Shown piece after piece: positions 23,821 through 39,332 of a stretch of 64,000 nt of DNA (position 1 is its first letter; each line of letters starts with the position of its first letter). The notes under the pieces are model-generated. The model worked only from the letters and a program-made list of their open reading frames with translations, was not told the DNA's origin and did no database searches. Position numbers and translations under genes: made by a program. The DNA is from Octopus vulgaris (taxonomy: Eukaryota). Where the stretch lies: NCBI GenBank assembly GCA_951406725.2, contig OX597817.1, forward strand, positions 123,938,001-124,002,000, in the 5' to 3' direction.

Positions 23821-26149
23821 TTATTATTGTGTTTGCTACCAGTCATACTCACTTCCAAGTGACAGTTATGCTTCTAAGATTGCACGTAATTTTTTCTGCG
23901 TATATATATACATATATGGATTAGTATACTTTGCCGATGTATATCATTGAAATATACATGAACCTAACTATTACCTCTTCGAAAATTGAGGTCTATTGGA
24001 TTGTTTGCTTTGCATCAAGTTACAGATCTCCCTTATCACCTTTACTTTTAGAAATGCAGTGAATCAGTAATTAGAAATTTGTAACAACTGAAACTACTGT
24101 TCACCAATCGGTATATAAAACATATAAATAGATAGTAAGTGACAATCAATGCCCTTACAGCAGATTTTGTAGCTGTTTCTACAGATTTGCTTTATATTTT
24201 TCTCCTCCCCGCCCTATCCTGCCAACTGCTATATTCACTTTCTTTTCACACTTTCCTTAAACATTCTCTTCTCACCCTTTGCTTTTTATACTTTTATAAT
24301 TCAGATGAATACATCCCTAGTTTGCCAGTCACTTCAGCATTCAGTATTGTTGTGTCAATCTTCCTAATATTTTCCCCATTTATTACCTGTTCTTCTATAT
24401 TTTTATCAATCTTAGCACATTTATTTTGTGACATTTTTCTATGGATATTCCAGCTTCAACCAAATTGCTGACATTTCAGAAAGAATTGGCAGTGTGTTAT
24501 ACGCTTTGTTAGACCAGTTGCAGTGAATTAAGAAGGAAAGGAATTTATTTATTTTACAGTTCCTGTACGTACATACTGATTGTGTCTTAAACTATTAGGT
24601 CAACTTGAGAGGAATGCCAGATTTTATAAGGAATATTTTCAGTTATCCTCTGGAATATTTTCAATTTATATGGCTAGCTTTTCAAATTGAGTAATACTGA
24701 TGTACAAAACCAATTTCAGACATGCTTGACAAAATCATATTCACATGTACTTGTGTTTGTGCATTATTCTCTGAATGTGCATGCAGTGAATTAGCAGAAA
24801 TATCTGAGCATAAAACTGAATGTCTTGCAGTAATTTTTCTGACTTTTCCTCCTCATTTCTTGGCAGATCAACTTAATTCATCAGTCAGTTTAACATCATT
24901 GTTTGACCTTTAGGTACGTGTCATAAACAATCAGATAAGTGCTCCAATTTCAAGATAACATTCTTCATTCTTCCCTTCAGTCTCAGAAACTCTGAAAACA
25001 AAAAGGCTATGGGTACTGCCTTTCCCATTGACAAAGCATTAAAAATACAGTAAATATGAAGCAGAAATTTTTTAAAATTTCAATATATCTTCATGTTGCT
25101 TTTTCAGCTTCAGGTTAGCCAGGATGGGGTAGACTTATGATTAAAAGTATTTTGGCCTTGACCAGCTCATCATCATCATCTCATGTCATCTTGTTATGCA
25201 CTTGTTAAGAATATGACTGGTGAAAGCAGTGAATAATCAGACAAGTAGGTAAGAGATGAATGGTTCTTATCCAGTATATTTAAAGTATTTACCTCTCAAT
25301 TTCTGACCAAATAGTACGCAGTACTATCTCTAAATATTGTTTGATTTACACCTGATGGAGTTGCAGAAAGGATTCTCTACGTCTGACCATAGGTAAATGT
25401 CTTCTGTAAGGATGAGAGCAAGAGAAAGGGGGAGAAAGAAGAAGAAAGAAAGAGGATAAAGAGAGAGAGGAGGAGTAAGAGAGATATAAAAGGGGTGAGA
25501 GTGTGAGAGAGAAGAGAAGAATTGACCTCAGCACTAGACTGTTATATTACATATCAATTCTAAATGTATCAGTGGTAAAATGGACATTGGCAGGTTTTTA
25601 AATTCAGAGCACAGAGAAATGGAATAAATGGTGCTATATATTCTAGTCAAAAACTAATGATTTCAATCAAATTGATACCTAAAATGATGTTTATATCATA
25701 CTGTTACCAACATTCTTGCCTTGATTAACACACCCATCTTTAAAGCAGTATCCTGTGAATAGAAGAAAATAAGAGCAAGTTACAATAAATGTAATCCAAA
25801 AGTGTTTATACATTGCTATAATTTAACTTTATGATTTGAATAAGTTACATTACTCCACACCATCTCTTACCGAAATATCAAAGGTGCTGTGAAACATAAT
25901 AGTCAATGCTGCTTGCAAAACTGTTGACGAAAAAACACTAGAGACAAAAATACAATTTCACACATACATATATACATACGTGTATATATACACACAGAGA
26001 CATACATGCAAACACAAAAACATATATATATATATTTGAATTTGTTACTTTAACTCCTCCGATGAAACTTGATGCATATGGGTGGGTGGGGGGCTTATGA
26101 CCATATGGTCACTTATGCACTTGGAATTTCAAAAAAATCGTTAATTTTT

Positions 26150-26151
<2 letters not shown>

Positions 26152-26183
<32 letters not shown>

Positions 26184-26340
26184 GTTTAGCATCCGCTTTC
26201 CATGCTGGCATGGGTTGGACGGTGCAACTGGGGTCTGGGAAGCCAGAAGGCTGCACCAGGCCCAGTCTGATCTGGCAATGTTCCTACAGCTGGATGCCCT
26301 TCCTAACACCAACCACTCCATGAGTGTAGTGAGTGATTTT
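26152..26340 (-). mobile_element. Family F SINE-like 3' part with (ATG)n tail
   Basis: (cat)n cgtttagcatccgctttccatgctggcatgggttggacgg; shared with 32575-32846, 37535-37762 and 63757-64000. Confidence 0.8.
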
Positions 26341-27189
26341 TATAAATTCATTAGGACATTTCGATGCAAATTCTCATACGAATCTCATTTTCTACCATAA
26401 CTTTTAAAGTTTTCAACTGATTTTCTTGAAATTTTATACACAGATACAAATGCACTAAGGATGAGTTGAGCCAAATAAATTTTTACTTAGGCCACTCAAG
26501 CAAAGCGTAAGATGATTTTTGATTGACGGATTAACGAAATTTGGCCTAAATTGTTGTGGGGTTAAAATGTTCATCAATTATTTCAGCATTCTCAGGTTGT
26601 TGTAACATGTATTTTCGTAACACCTGCACTTAAAACTATTCATTCTAAACAATGTAGCATTGTATGCTAAAACATTTAACATGTATTTTCTTAACACCTG
26701 CACTTAAAATTGTCAGTTCTAAGTGTTGCAATCTACATATGCTTCTCACAATTAGTGGAACTATACCCATGAAACAGAATCATCAAATTGAGTGCCATTT
26801 CTCTAAATAAATTTTTGTTCACTTTTCAAACATTTATGTTCTTTTTTTTTCATAGCACTCCTTTACAATTCCCTTCTTGATGTTTCCATTGATTATATAT
26901 TTGCAGCTTTCCACTCATCTGACCAAAAGATTGTCATTTTCCAATTTTACACGTATTTATTTTATTATTGTTTCGTGAATGAATTTGCTCATGCCTTCTA
27001 TTATCTGTCCTATGTCTTGATTTCATTTTTTTTTCTGAGAGTAATTAGGTATTGTAATGGGTACTGGGAATATTCCTACTCCCGAGTATTACCAGGTACC
27101 TCAGCTACCGTTATAATAATAGCAAATTTTACATTGAACTGAATGATCACTTAATACTTTTGGTAGAGTATAAATGTATTATTCTTTAT

Positions 27190-27481
27190 AACTGACACTC
27201 TGTTGATTACGATTTCAAGGGTTAAAGTTGAGTTGATCAACAGAATAACCTGCTCATGAAATTAACGTGGTTGGGCACTCCACAGATACATGTGCCCTTA
27301 ATGTAGTTCACAGATGATGTGACATGGCTGACCCTTTGAAATACAAGTACTACTTGGCAATGGACTGGAGCAATATGAAATAAAGTGTCTTGCTCAGAGA
27401 CACAACACGCCACTGGGAATTGAACTCATGAGTTTACAATCATCATCCAAATACTCTAGCCACTAAGTCATGCACCTTCAC
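27190..27481 (-). mobile_element. tRNA-derived SINE related to family D (different 3' part)
   Basis: tggactggagcaa..tgaaataaagtgtcttgctca...gggaattgaactc...ccactaag head/core. Confidence 0.65.
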
Positions 27482-28187
27482 TAGCATTCTTAAATAAGTG
27501 TTATTGTGGATATTTTACCTGTATGTATTGAGAATGGTGTGGTTAGTATAAAAATTTGTTTCTCTTATGCTTTAATGTTCACAAAAGGATAATATCGAGG
27601 AAGCTGACAGGCTTTAGTTGTGTTTCTACTTTAATGGAATAGCCCACATTTTAAAAGAAAGTGATGTATTTCTTATCTACATTTATTGGGGTTTTTGCAG
27701 GTTGTAATTTCTTAACAGAAGTACACCCTGTATGGAAGCAGCCATTGATGCTAACGGTGGATTCTTTGAATAGGTGTGATCAAAGAATTCTCAAGATTAT
27801 TTGTACCCATTTGTTTACAAGAGAGCTTTTCGTAGGCGAGCTACGTGTCCATTTCTAAATTCATGCAAATGACCTCAAAAAGTTTAGACACCTTGTTTAT
27901 ATATTTACAGATATCAGCACCATCATTGTCATTTAACATTTACTTTTCCATGCTGGCATATGTTGGACAGAATTTGTTGAGGTGCAATTTCTACAGCCAG
28001 ATAACCTTCCTGTTGCTAACTCACATCTGTCTTCAAATAAGGTAATATTACCCACGACCAGAAATATTTTCCACAGAAGAATGGAAGCAAAGGACACTGT
28101 TTGCCACACAATGACATTTGTTCACAACCATCACATGAAATCGAAGCAAGGAGACAGTAATATACGCAGACATAAATCTACATATAT

Positions 28188-28698
<511 letters not shown>

Positions 28699-28762
28699 TA
28701 TGCACATATACATACATATACATATATATACACGCACATAGGTATGTGTGTATATATATATC

Positions 28763-29355
28763 CCAAAAGCAGAATAAAAACATAACGGACAACAATAAAA
28801 ACATACGGACAGACAGACGATACAAAGACAGACAGGACAGAACGTTCGTGGCTTTCTTTCATCAGTCAAGCTTCCAATTATCATTACAGTTTCAGTCTGT
28901 TGTACTTGAGACTTCACCATTGGTAGGACCCAAAAATCTAAGCTAAAGGCAGTAAGTTTTTGGAAGAAAGCAAGCAAATATGTGCAACAACATAGACAAA
29001 AAAAATGAGAAAACAGAGTAAATGCTACACAATTTCAACTACAAAGTGCAACAACAACAACAGGCATCTTTCGACTAATAAGGAAATGTGAATTGGAGCT
29101 GGCGTATAAAGTGAAAGCCTTACAGCACAAACATAGATGAAAGTGAGAAGACAGGAAAATAATGAGATGTGCGGGCAGCAGTCAAGCCAACAAGGAAAGA
29201 TCATACTTGGCCGAACACCAATCCTGTGGGAGGCACAAAGAGAGGTAGGAGGCAGAGGGATTGAAGAATTAGGAAAGGAACTAGAGAGAGGAGGAAGGGA
29301 CAGAGGGAAAGGTACAAGGGAGATAACAGATGAAAGTATAGAAATTAAAGAGAAT
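28763..29355 (-). repeat. TA-embedded repeat remnant, possibly Penelope-associated
   Basis: Flanked by (TA)n; composition and layout resemble 32880-33460 and 48593-48790; no coding evidence. Confidence 0.3.
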
Positions 29356-30440
29356 GCCATATATATATATATACACACATATATATACATATATACACAT
29401 GCATACATATATACATGCATATACATATATAAATATATATGTAATCATTCAAAAGGAAGTAAGATACCATTCCTTAATGAGAATAAATTTAACCTCTAAT
29501 TGAATGTATATATATATATGACGAGTTTTTTTTTTCAGTTTCTATCTGAGGCTATACTAGAAACACTTGCCCAAGGTGCCACTGTATGTCACCATGTCTG
29601 CACCTATATATGTATAAGTAATGCAAAAGTGAGCATAACATTTTTGTTAAAATCACGCATATTGATTATATTACTCTTCTATACTAACGCTTTTTCTTTT
29701 CTTCTTCATTTCAAGTAAGAAATGACTCCCAAGTAAAAGCCAAGCACCATCATTGAGCCTTGATGAAGGAGGGCTGCAGGGTGTTGAACATGAACAAAAA
29801 GATTACTTTGTCTATGAAGATGATGCTATTGACAAGAGCTTTGAGCACAGAAAAAGGAAGAAAGGGAAATAAGCTCTGAAGAAAACAACACAGTGAGTGA
29901 GAAAATAGATTCGTTTGGACAGAAGAGTCAGAATCCATAAACACGCTGGACAACTGAACTGGGACTACAATGTGTCACAGAAGACGGTGGAAAAATTTGG
30001 GTATTTTAGGAAGTTTGAGTAAAAATATGTAACAATTCAATGGAGAGAATGGTGGAAGATGGCTCCAATCTGCTGGAAGCATTTCAAGCTAATTCACTCA
30101 AGCACAAACACATGCATAATGAGCTTGCACACAGTTTCTGCCTGACAAATTTAGACAGCAAGACATTTGTTGGTTATAGAGGAAAACCTTTGCCCAATGT
30201 ACCATGCTGTGGGACTGACCCAAAACCACATTGTTGCCAAACAAACTTCTTAACCACAAAGCCATGTCTGCACCGATATACAACCAAAAAGAACTAGTAC
30301 GGTGATTCATATTTCTCTGAATTTTTGCTGTGTATGTGTCTGACTAAGCAAAAATCAAGGTTACCTTAGTTTTCAGTCATAAACAGCACTTTACTACATA
30401 CATACGTACGTACATATATACGTATGTACGTACATACGTG

Positions 30441-30472
<32 letters not shown>

Positions 30473-30961
30473 CATGTAATATGTATGTCAACAGTACTTA
30501 GATGTTCAGACTAGATAACAAATCTGTTGGGAATGTTAATTGCAGTTTATCAATGGTTCTGTTTAGTGTAAGATGTAACTCTCATTTCTCTTATGGTTAT
30601 TTCTAGAACAATTATCATAATTCAAATGACAATGATTAGTAAACAACGTTAAAAAAAAAAAAAAAAAGAACCGGTTGCTTCATTTTGTAATTTTTTGTAA
30701 AAAAAATTCTGTTTTGTAAGCAATTTATTGATAATATATGTTGTACAAGCTATGACATATGAAAAACAAAATCATTCACTTATAGGTGCAGCTATGATTG
30801 GTTGGGTAAAAAGTTTGCTTTACAATAATACAATTCCAGGTTTCATTCGCACTCCACTGCTTCTTTCAAGAATTGCATGTGAATGGAACTTGCAGACAGA
30901 AACAATGATAAAGAGAGACTAAGAGATAGACTGATTGATATATATGATGATGATGATGATG

Positions 30962-31100
<139 letters not shown>

Positions 31101-31399
31101 AATAGTGTACATTTAAGCACAAGAGAAAACTACCTTTAACAGGTAATTTTTACATGCTAGAAGAAGCAGTCAAAATGACCAAAACTACATTTAAGATCAA
31201 TTTTCAAAGGGAATGAAAAATAAAAACTTTTACCTTGTTATTCTTTTACGTTTATACTTAGGTTTCAGATTTCTTTAGCAAATAAAATAATTTGCTTGGC
31301 GAATCTGCATCAGTAACCATGCCATAACATTAACATATAATTTAGAGACAAATAACGCGTCTCTCATCCTTATGTGTTATCATTTTTCATAATTCATCG

Positions 31400-32014
31400 C
31401 ACAAGCACAGTTTCAGTTGGTAGTAAGTGAAAACTGTCGAACTGATCTTCGAAATACTGTAGGTGTAGTTGTAGGTGCTGGGAAGGGGTCAGTGCTAGTG
31501 TGTGCGGAGTGGTGTGATGTGGTGTGGTATGGTATGGTGGTGTGTGGTGTGATGGTGTGGGGTGTGGGGAGAGAAAGGATAGGGATTTATGGGATGGGGT
31601 GGGATATATAGGGATGTGGGGTGGAATGTGTAGGGGTGGGGTGACGAGGGAGGAGGTGACGATGGAAGGAGAGGGTGGAAGGGAGAAGGTGGGTAGGAGT
31701 GAAGAGAGGAAGTAGGTGCCAGAGCAAGAGAGGAGAGGTGGGTGGGAGGAAGTAGGTGTAAGAGGAAGAGAGGAGAGAGGAAGAGGGTTAGATGAAGAGG
31801 GGAGGAGAGTTGAGCCCATGTGGTTCAAAGGAGCGAAGAGAGAAGATTAATCTCTGCTCACAGCAAAGACAGGAGTCCAGATAGCCCCTGCACAAGGACA
31901 ATCCAAAGACAGACAGGTGTTGTAAAGAGTGACCGGTAGAGCGGTAATCGCATAAAACCAGGTTGTCATTGCCGAGTCGGATGTCTCGGAGGTGTTCCGT
32001 GAACCAGTCAGCCA
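31400..32014 (-). mobile_element. Penelope-like element 3' remnant (GIY-YIG C-terminus + pyrimidine-rich UTR)
   Basis: ORF 31788-32015 LADWFTEHLRDIR...STGHSLQHLSVFGL...EQRLIFSLRSFEPHGLN fits the R-EH...H...E-WI-L-T-P-GLN pattern of PLE endonucleases. Confidence 0.8.
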
Positions 32015-32029
32015 ATATATATATGCATA

Positions 32030-32120
32030 TATTATTATTATTATTATTATTATTGTTCTTCTTCTTCTTATCATCATCATTATTATTATTATTATTGCTA
32101 TTATTATCATTCTTCTTCTT

Positions 32121-32201
<81 letters not shown>

Positions 32202-32212
32202 TATTATTATTA
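32030..32212. repeat. (ATT)n/(CTT)n microsatellite
   Basis: Seen directly. Confidence 0.95.
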
Positions 32213-32414
32213 CCTTTTTTATGCATTTTACAGAAGTGCCAATCAGATATTTTCTTCAGAAGAAAATCTTTGATTTGAAACTTTAGTACTTCAGCAAAAC
32301 TCATAAAAGAAACAAGAAATAACAAAAAGTAATCACTATCCCACTACATTCCATATATTGAATTCTTTAAAGTCTGCTAGGTCTGCTTAACCTGAAAATT
32401 AAGATAACCAACAG

Positions 32415-32468
<54 letters not shown>

Positions 32469-32574
32469 TGTATATTGTATGCATATATATGTATATGTGT
32501 TTTTATATTTTATTTATATTATTATATGATCGAATGCCATGCATCTTTTTCCAAGTAAGTTTTATCTCAATCAG

Positions 32575-32846
32575 TGCCGCTGAACTGGCTCCTGTGCAGG
32601 TGGCACCTAAAGAGCACCATTTGTGCATGGTTGTTGCCAGTACCACCTGACTGGCCCTCATGCCGGTGGCACGTAAAAGCACAGTACACTCTCGGAGTGG
32701 TTGGCGTTAGGAGGACATCAAGCTGTAGAAACTCTGCCAGATCAGATTGGAGCCTGGTGCAGCCATCTGGTTCATGAGACCTCAGTCAAATCGTCCAACC
32801 CATGCTAGCATGGAAAGCGGACGTTAAACGATGATGATGATGATGA
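32575..32846 (+). mobile_element. Family F SINE-like element
   Basis: ggtggcacgtaaaagca...ggagtggttggcgttagga...catgctagcatggaaagcggacgttaaacg(atg)n. Confidence 0.82.
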
Positions 32847-33867
32847 ATTACGATGTGCACTCTTCTATGTCTACTATCTCTTCTTTGTCTATCTCTCTCC
32901 CTCTCTTGTTCTTCATCCTTTCTGGTTTTCTCACCCATCCTTCCCTATTCTTCTCCTCTCCTCTTCTCCATTCCCTCCCTTTCACTCTTCCTCGACTCTC
33001 TCGCCGCTGACACATGACAAAAGAGAATCTATCTTTCTGCCCATTATCCTCCTAAAGACAAAACTTGCTTATACTCTCATACTCTCCTCTTATAAGCTCG
33101 TCTTCCTAGCATTCATAATAATTTTTCTATCGTCTTGGCTTAACAACCCTCATCGTTTGTTTTTACTGTTTTGTTCTCACTGTCCTGTTTTTGTTTTCGC
33201 CCTCCACAAAAAAATCCCAAATTTTATTTAATTTGCTTTGCGGGAAGGACTGTTTCAATGAAGTGGTGTATTGTCCTTGCCTTTGAAATACGGAATAGAT
33301 GGAATAGGGACAACTGAAGGAGAATATTCTTTATGTTGCATGTCTCGTTTCTCTGTTTGTTTTTTTCGTTGTTCGAAAAAAAAGTTTGTTTCTATGTTTT
33401 TGTTTTTATATTTTTGTTTCTCATTGTGATCAACGTTCTTTTGATGTCCTGAACCCATATATGTATATATATATACATATATATGTAGATATGTACATAT
33501 ATGTATGTATATAAGCATATATCATTTATATTATATATATATATACACACACACACTCACACACTCACATTCACACAAATACACACACATATATATTTGT
33601 GTGTGTGTGCATGTGCATGTGTGTAATATGTACATATTCGTAGAAGCAGCTCCACTTCTTTAAAGTTGAGTAATTGGTAATGAAGAAAGTAGCAAACACT
33701 TAAAAAGAAAATAATTGCTCCTACATCAATAACTATGAAACAAAAACTTTCAGAGCATAGTAACATGGGAAGAAATAGTTGTATAACTATTAAAACAAGA
33801 GTCATACCAGGTGTTAGTGACTTCCCTTTCTGTTTATGGATCAAAATTAGTACCAGTGATATACTGT

Positions 33868-33965
33868 AATCATCATCATCATCATCATTATTGACATAGT
33901 GATCATCATCATCGTCATCATCATCATCATCATTAACATCATCACCATCATCATTATCATTATTG

Positions 33966-34014
<49 letters not shown>

Positions 34015-34270
34015 AATCATCATCATCATTGTCACCATCATCATCATCATTGTCACCATCATCATTTTCCATGCTGGCAGGGGTTGAACAGCTCGACAGG
34101 AGCTGGCAAGGTCAGGGTCAGCACCAAGTTCCCATAGTCAGGTTTTGGCTTGGTTTCTACCCCTGGATGCCCTTTCATCCTAACACCAAACCACTTTACA
34201 GAGTGACTGGGTACTTTTTTAAACAGCACCATCACCATTGCTTTATGCATGGTACTAGCACCAGTGCTTT
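33868..34270 (-). repeat. Expanded (CAT)n tail plus family F fragment
   Basis: (cat)n 33868-34064 followed by ttccatgctggc.gggttg.ac...ggatgccctt...cctaacacca. Confidence 0.8.
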
Positions 34271-34739
34271 TTACATAGAAGCAGTACCAACACACCACTA
34301 TACCCAAACACTTAAAATAAATACTCATGCATTCGTAGAAACTGACTGTATTCTAGTTTTACTCTTAATTATATACCTCAATGAATGTGGCTGAGCATTC
34401 ATTGCCCAATGTTTAATGCATGTTCTAAGAATGAAGGAATAATATTAGCCAGACAGTGAGATCTGAGAGAAATTATAATGTCATCTTTCCTAAAGTCCTA
34501 AAGAATTAATTTGAGTGCTTTTGTTTCCATTTTATTTGTGTGAAATATATTTATAAAGCAAATAAGGAAGACAAAGAATGACATTAAATGCATGAGAAAC
34601 ATAACAAGACATAATTTCATTTTTGCTGTAGACTTTTATATTTCTTATCCACTGTTGTTGGATTTTAACAAACCACATACACACACACACACACTACACC
34701 TCCTATACATATATGTGTGTATTTCCATATGTGTTCATA

Positions 34740-34747
34740 TATATATA

Positions 34748-34838
<91 letters not shown>

Positions 34839-34846
34839 GTATAAAC

Positions 34847-34879
<33 letters not shown>

Positions 34880-35025
34880 CATACATACATATATATATAT
34901 ACACACACAGACATACACATAAATACGTACATACATACATGCATACATACATTTCTACATCATCATCATCATCATAATTGTCATCATCATCATTATCATC
35001 ATCATCATCATCAACATCATCATCC
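34740..35025. repeat. Compound (TA)n/(CA)n/(CAT)n microsatellite
   Basis: Seen directly. Confidence 0.93.
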
Positions 35026-35894
35026 TAAGGCATATGTATGTATGCATACATACACATGCACAAACACTTTATTGATTTCTAAAATCCACTAATGCAATAA
35101 AATTTTTAAAATATATACTTGTCACAAGATGCAATATTTTAGATGCCAATCCAATATCCTGTACCTCTAGCAACAATATCTGTAATGAAGACAGTCATAT
35201 ATCTTTGTATTTTTCTTTATTTTCCATTTTTTTTTTCTCGTCTTTTCTTGTTTGTTTTTCCTCAAATATTTCTCTTTCAAGCATTGAATTCTGAAAATTG
35301 TAAATTTACTAATATGGATATACTGACATCTGTAAATAAACTGCTGTCTCAGCATAAGGCAGGAGCCTATCTGTGGTGATGCATTTGTCACCTGTAAAAC
35401 TAAAGAAGAATGAATCTTTCAGAATATATTTCAATGACTTTGTATATTTTTTTGTTTTTTTTTTGTTTTAATTTCCCATCAATGAAAATATTTAGATTGT
35501 ATTTGACAATTCATAATAATGTTTGTTTTTCATTGACTGTGAATTTCTTAAAGAATTCTTTTGACATCAGTCAATGATCTTTGTCTTAAACTGTCTTGGT
35601 TCCTCACAAACAAAGGGAAGAAACAAGAAACTATGAAACAATAGAGACTGGTAGCAGACATTGCATGCAACAGTTCGGAACCACTGTAAAACATCTAGTG
35701 GACTGACAATGCTATTTCTCATTAAGAACATTCAACTAAGGTAAGACACTATCCAACTACAAAATTGCAACAAGAAAGCTTGGATTTTAAATGTATCAAA
35801 GCACATCAAATAATGAGCTGGCCATCCCATGTATCCTAGTATTAAAGCACTGTAGAAATTTAAAGGCAGCATCCTCACCACTATTAAAATAAAA

Positions 35895-36150
35895 TAATAA
35901 ATGCTCCCTTTTAAAGCCTAGCCAGGCTCATGAGGCCCAGTTTCCCAGTTTCAATAGTGTATGTTTTCCCCAGCTGGATGGGACACCAGTCCATCGTAGT
36001 GTTACTCATTTTTGGCAGCTGAGTGGACTGGAGCAACGCGAAATGAAGTGTTTTGCTCAAGAACACAACACATCGCCCGGTCCAGGAATTGAAACCACAA
36101 TCTTATGATCATGATTCTGACACCCTAACCACTAAGCCACGCGCCTCCCA
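35895..36150 (-). mobile_element. SINE family D, full length
   Basis: Minus strand tggaggcgcgtggcttagtggttagggtgtc...gtggtttcaattcctggaccggg tRNA-like head. Confidence 0.87.
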
Positions 36151-36257
36151 CATCACTAGTGGTATGATAAATTTTATAACCAGTTTTGATTTTACCACTT
36201 CCTTTATCAGTCCAATGAGCAAACAACATATAGAAGGAAACTTTGATATGTTGATGA

Positions 36258-36491
36258 AAGGTGGCGAGCTGGCAGAAACGTTAGCACGCTGGGCAAAATG
36301 CTTAGCGGTATTTCGATTGTCTTTATGTTATGAGTTCAAATTCTGCCGAGGTTGACTTTGCCTTTCCTCCTTTTGGGGTCGATAAATTAAGTACCAGCCA
36401 ATCACTGGGGTCGATCTAATTGACTTAATCCCTTTGTCTGTCCTTGTTTGTCCCCTCTATGTTTAGCTCCTTGTGGGCAATAAAGAAATAG
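36258..36491 (+). mobile_element. SINE family B, full length
   Basis: Collinear with 17636-17863. Confidence 0.9.
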
Positions 36492-37534
36492 GAAACTTTT
36501 AAATTCCTTAGTAAATTCAGTTATCAACAGTGATTTCAGAAACCAAGATGTTGTCATAATCCTTCCCATTGTTGTTATTGTTGTCATCGTCACCATCTTT
36601 GTCATCATCACCATCCTCATTTCGCCAGTTTTAGCAGGCTTCTATAGATTGGACTAGTCCTCTTGAACACAGCATCCTACTATTTGTTGCCTTCCTTTGT
36701 CATCTTCATTTTAAAGTACACCGTTTCTTTTTTCAGAGATCAACCTCCACACTTCACCCTATGTCTTCTTGATCTCCCTTCTTCATTGGTTTCACCCACA
36801 TAAATACTTTGTCACTTCTTACAGATGCTGTTGCTCTTGCACACTACAACTGATTCTTCTCCTACCCAATTTACATGTCAACTCATCTGTGTCTTGTTAT
36901 TCATGCACACTCATATTTACACATCTACCAAACTATGCACAATTCATTTCTTTCCAAACTTTACAAATCTTCTGCATTTAGTAAACTATATATCAGACGT
37001 TTGGAAAATAACTTCTGCAAAGAAACTGATTAATTATTTTGTCTGAAGCCATTTATATAGTAATGATAGGTGCACTTTCATGTAATCAGAAAGGCAGTCA
37101 CCCAGGAAACAGTAGATACGTGGTTCAATACCCATTCATTTTCCTATTATTCTTTCTACCTCAAATTCATATTTGAAAGCTTGATATTATTTTATAATGA
37201 AAATATTATTAATAGTTAATTTCTTATTTTGGGCAATGCATCATATATATTTTCATATTCTCATATTCGCTTCTCATATTTTCTTAAATAATCAAATAAA
37301 ATGTTTGGTCCAATATTAAGGATATGCTTAAAACTGAAACTCAGACCCAGGAAGATGTGGGAGGGAGTGGTGAAAAAGGATCTACTGATATTGGGACTCA
37401 CAGAGGGTATGGCAAGGGACCTGGAGGTTTGCTGTGCTTTAAAAGACACATCAAGCTAAGTAAAAGTGTAGTTGTCCTTGCATACAGGCTTATCTCCTGT
37501 AACCCTCTCCAGCTGATCATCCCTAATATTGTGG

Positions 37535-37762
37535 GCTCGTAAGTGCTGGTAACATGTAAAAAGCACTTGTGCTGGTGCTGCATAAAAACGCCTAGTACAC
37601 TCTGTAAAGTGGTTGGTGTTAAGAAGGGTATACAGCTGTAGAAACCATGCTAAAACAGACAAGGGGCCTGAACGGGCCTTCAGCTGGTCAGTTCCTGTCA
37701 AACCATCTAACCTGTGCCAGCATGGAAAACGGATGTTAAATGATGATGACAATGATGATGAT
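37535..37762 (+). mobile_element. Family F SINE-like element
   Basis: gtggttggtgttaagaagggtatacagctgtagaaacc...gcatggaaaacggatgttaaatgatg. Confidence 0.75.
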
Positions 37763-37786
37763 AATTATATACACATGTATAAACAT

Positions 37787-37838
<52 letters not shown>

Positions 37839-37855
37839 GTATATATGTGTGTGTG

Positions 37856-37887
<32 letters not shown>

Positions 37888-38026
37888 CATACATATATAT
37901 AGATAGATAGATAGATACATACATACATACATACATACACATATATACATGCGTAAAAAGCTACATACATACATACATATCTTACAATGGTACCTGTAAT
38001 AAAACACATGTCATTAAAGAATATTA

Positions 38027-39332
38027 CAGCCAGATAAAGAAAATTTGGACTTCAGAGCTCACTGCATTCAATTAAAAAGTGGCCCACAATGTGTTTGCAG
38101 TGCCAGTATTCATACCAACATTTGGGATGCTAGATGAGATCCAAGCCATTGATGCGAAAAGCTAAAAAAATACTAACAAGCACACATAATTTCCACATAA
38201 ACAGTGATGTAGACTGTTGCCACATAATTTCCACATAAATTATTTCCACATAAACAGCAATGAAGGTAGCTCCTTGAGTAACATTTCTTATCCAATAATC
38301 TAGAATACATGCCCAAAGAAGTCAAACAACTTAACTGCAATGTATCATCAGATGAAAGGATGAGTCTATATGAGTAGAAGATTATGCATGGATAAGTTAA
38401 TAGAAAGCTCCAAGATGATAGTAATATTGATCATCAAATCAGTCTATCATGGACCAATAACCAAATTACTACCTCCCACTTTGAAGGGCATGCGTTTGCA
38501 ATCCAGGAACAAGAAATATCAACCAAATACCTGATGCACAAAAGGGATAGAGATGCAGGAAGAGCAGTAAAATGTGACAACCGATGTAGACATTACGGAG
38601 TTAACACCAAAAATATCTCCCACATCATTAGCAGTGTCTGAAAATGTCATCACGGTATTAGCTACCAATGAGACATTATGTTGTAGCTAGGACACTTTAT
38701 AATGAAATCCATCGGAAGAATAACCTTAAGGACAAAGAAATAAAAACCAACAGTATGGGAGAAGCTATAACCACTCATAATAAAAAAGAGTACTGATGGA
38801 ATGTCCCAGTGAAAACCTCAATAAAATGTAAGCACAATAGACTTGATATAAGGATTTGGGATAGAGTAGAGAAGCTGTGTATAGTTGTGGAAATTAGCTG
38901 CCCAGTAGATGTTAACATAAAGCTAAAGATCAATGAAAAAGAGAATACCTACACTGAACTACTGAGAAATCTGGAGTTACTCTATCCTGATTACAAGTTC
39001 AGGTTTATACCTGTAATTATTGGGGCCACTGCTAAATATTAGAAAGGAGAAAGCTAATTCGAAGACTACAGATACAATCCATCACTGGAACTAAAAATCT
39101 GTACAACTGTCCAGAAGTTTATCATTTAAATATATATAAGCATGTCTAGATATGCAACTATATGCATGAGAATACATACATAAAAGAAAACATACAAATC
39201 AGCATGTATACTTACATACAAATAAAAATACCCTCGTGTTGATGTTGAAATTCCTATGAAGAAGCCTTGGATCTAGATTAGAAGCCGATTCTTTTTCTGT
39301 TGGCAAGAAATCTTGAAATAAACTGAACAATG
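38027..39332 (+). mobile_element. Decayed R4/Dong-like (RLE-type) non-LTR retrotransposon, 3' portion
   Basis: Frameshifted peptides HNVFAVPVFIPTFG, NFHINSDVD, SHFEGHAFAIQEQEISTKY, degenerate CCHC knuckle (CDNRCRHY...HIIS), RLE motif HNRLDIRIWD...VVEISCP...EKENTY...IPVIIGA; 3' UTR then (ACAT)n. Confidence 0.88.

Noticed and set aside
26050-26564. TTAA-bounded segment suggesting a piggyBac/Kolobok MITE
   Set aside because: Terminal inverted similarity is only a few bases; not supportable by eye.
26603-26722. Short local duplications (also 63100-63162 and 38183-38255)
   Set aside because: Ordinary slippage-type duplications with no further structure.
28835-28900. CTGATGA with nearby GAA/GAAA on the minus strand (similar permuted motif at ~33280-33325)
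   Set aside because: Could not build convincing stems I-III in any hammerhead topology.
33557-34087. Poly-Asp / poly-Met / poly-Ile ORFs
   Set aside because: Expanded (CAT)n tail of a family F element.
39250-39305. Hammerhead-like words in the Dong-like 3' UTR
   Set aside because: Better explained as a simple stem-loop; core and stem I do not fit.
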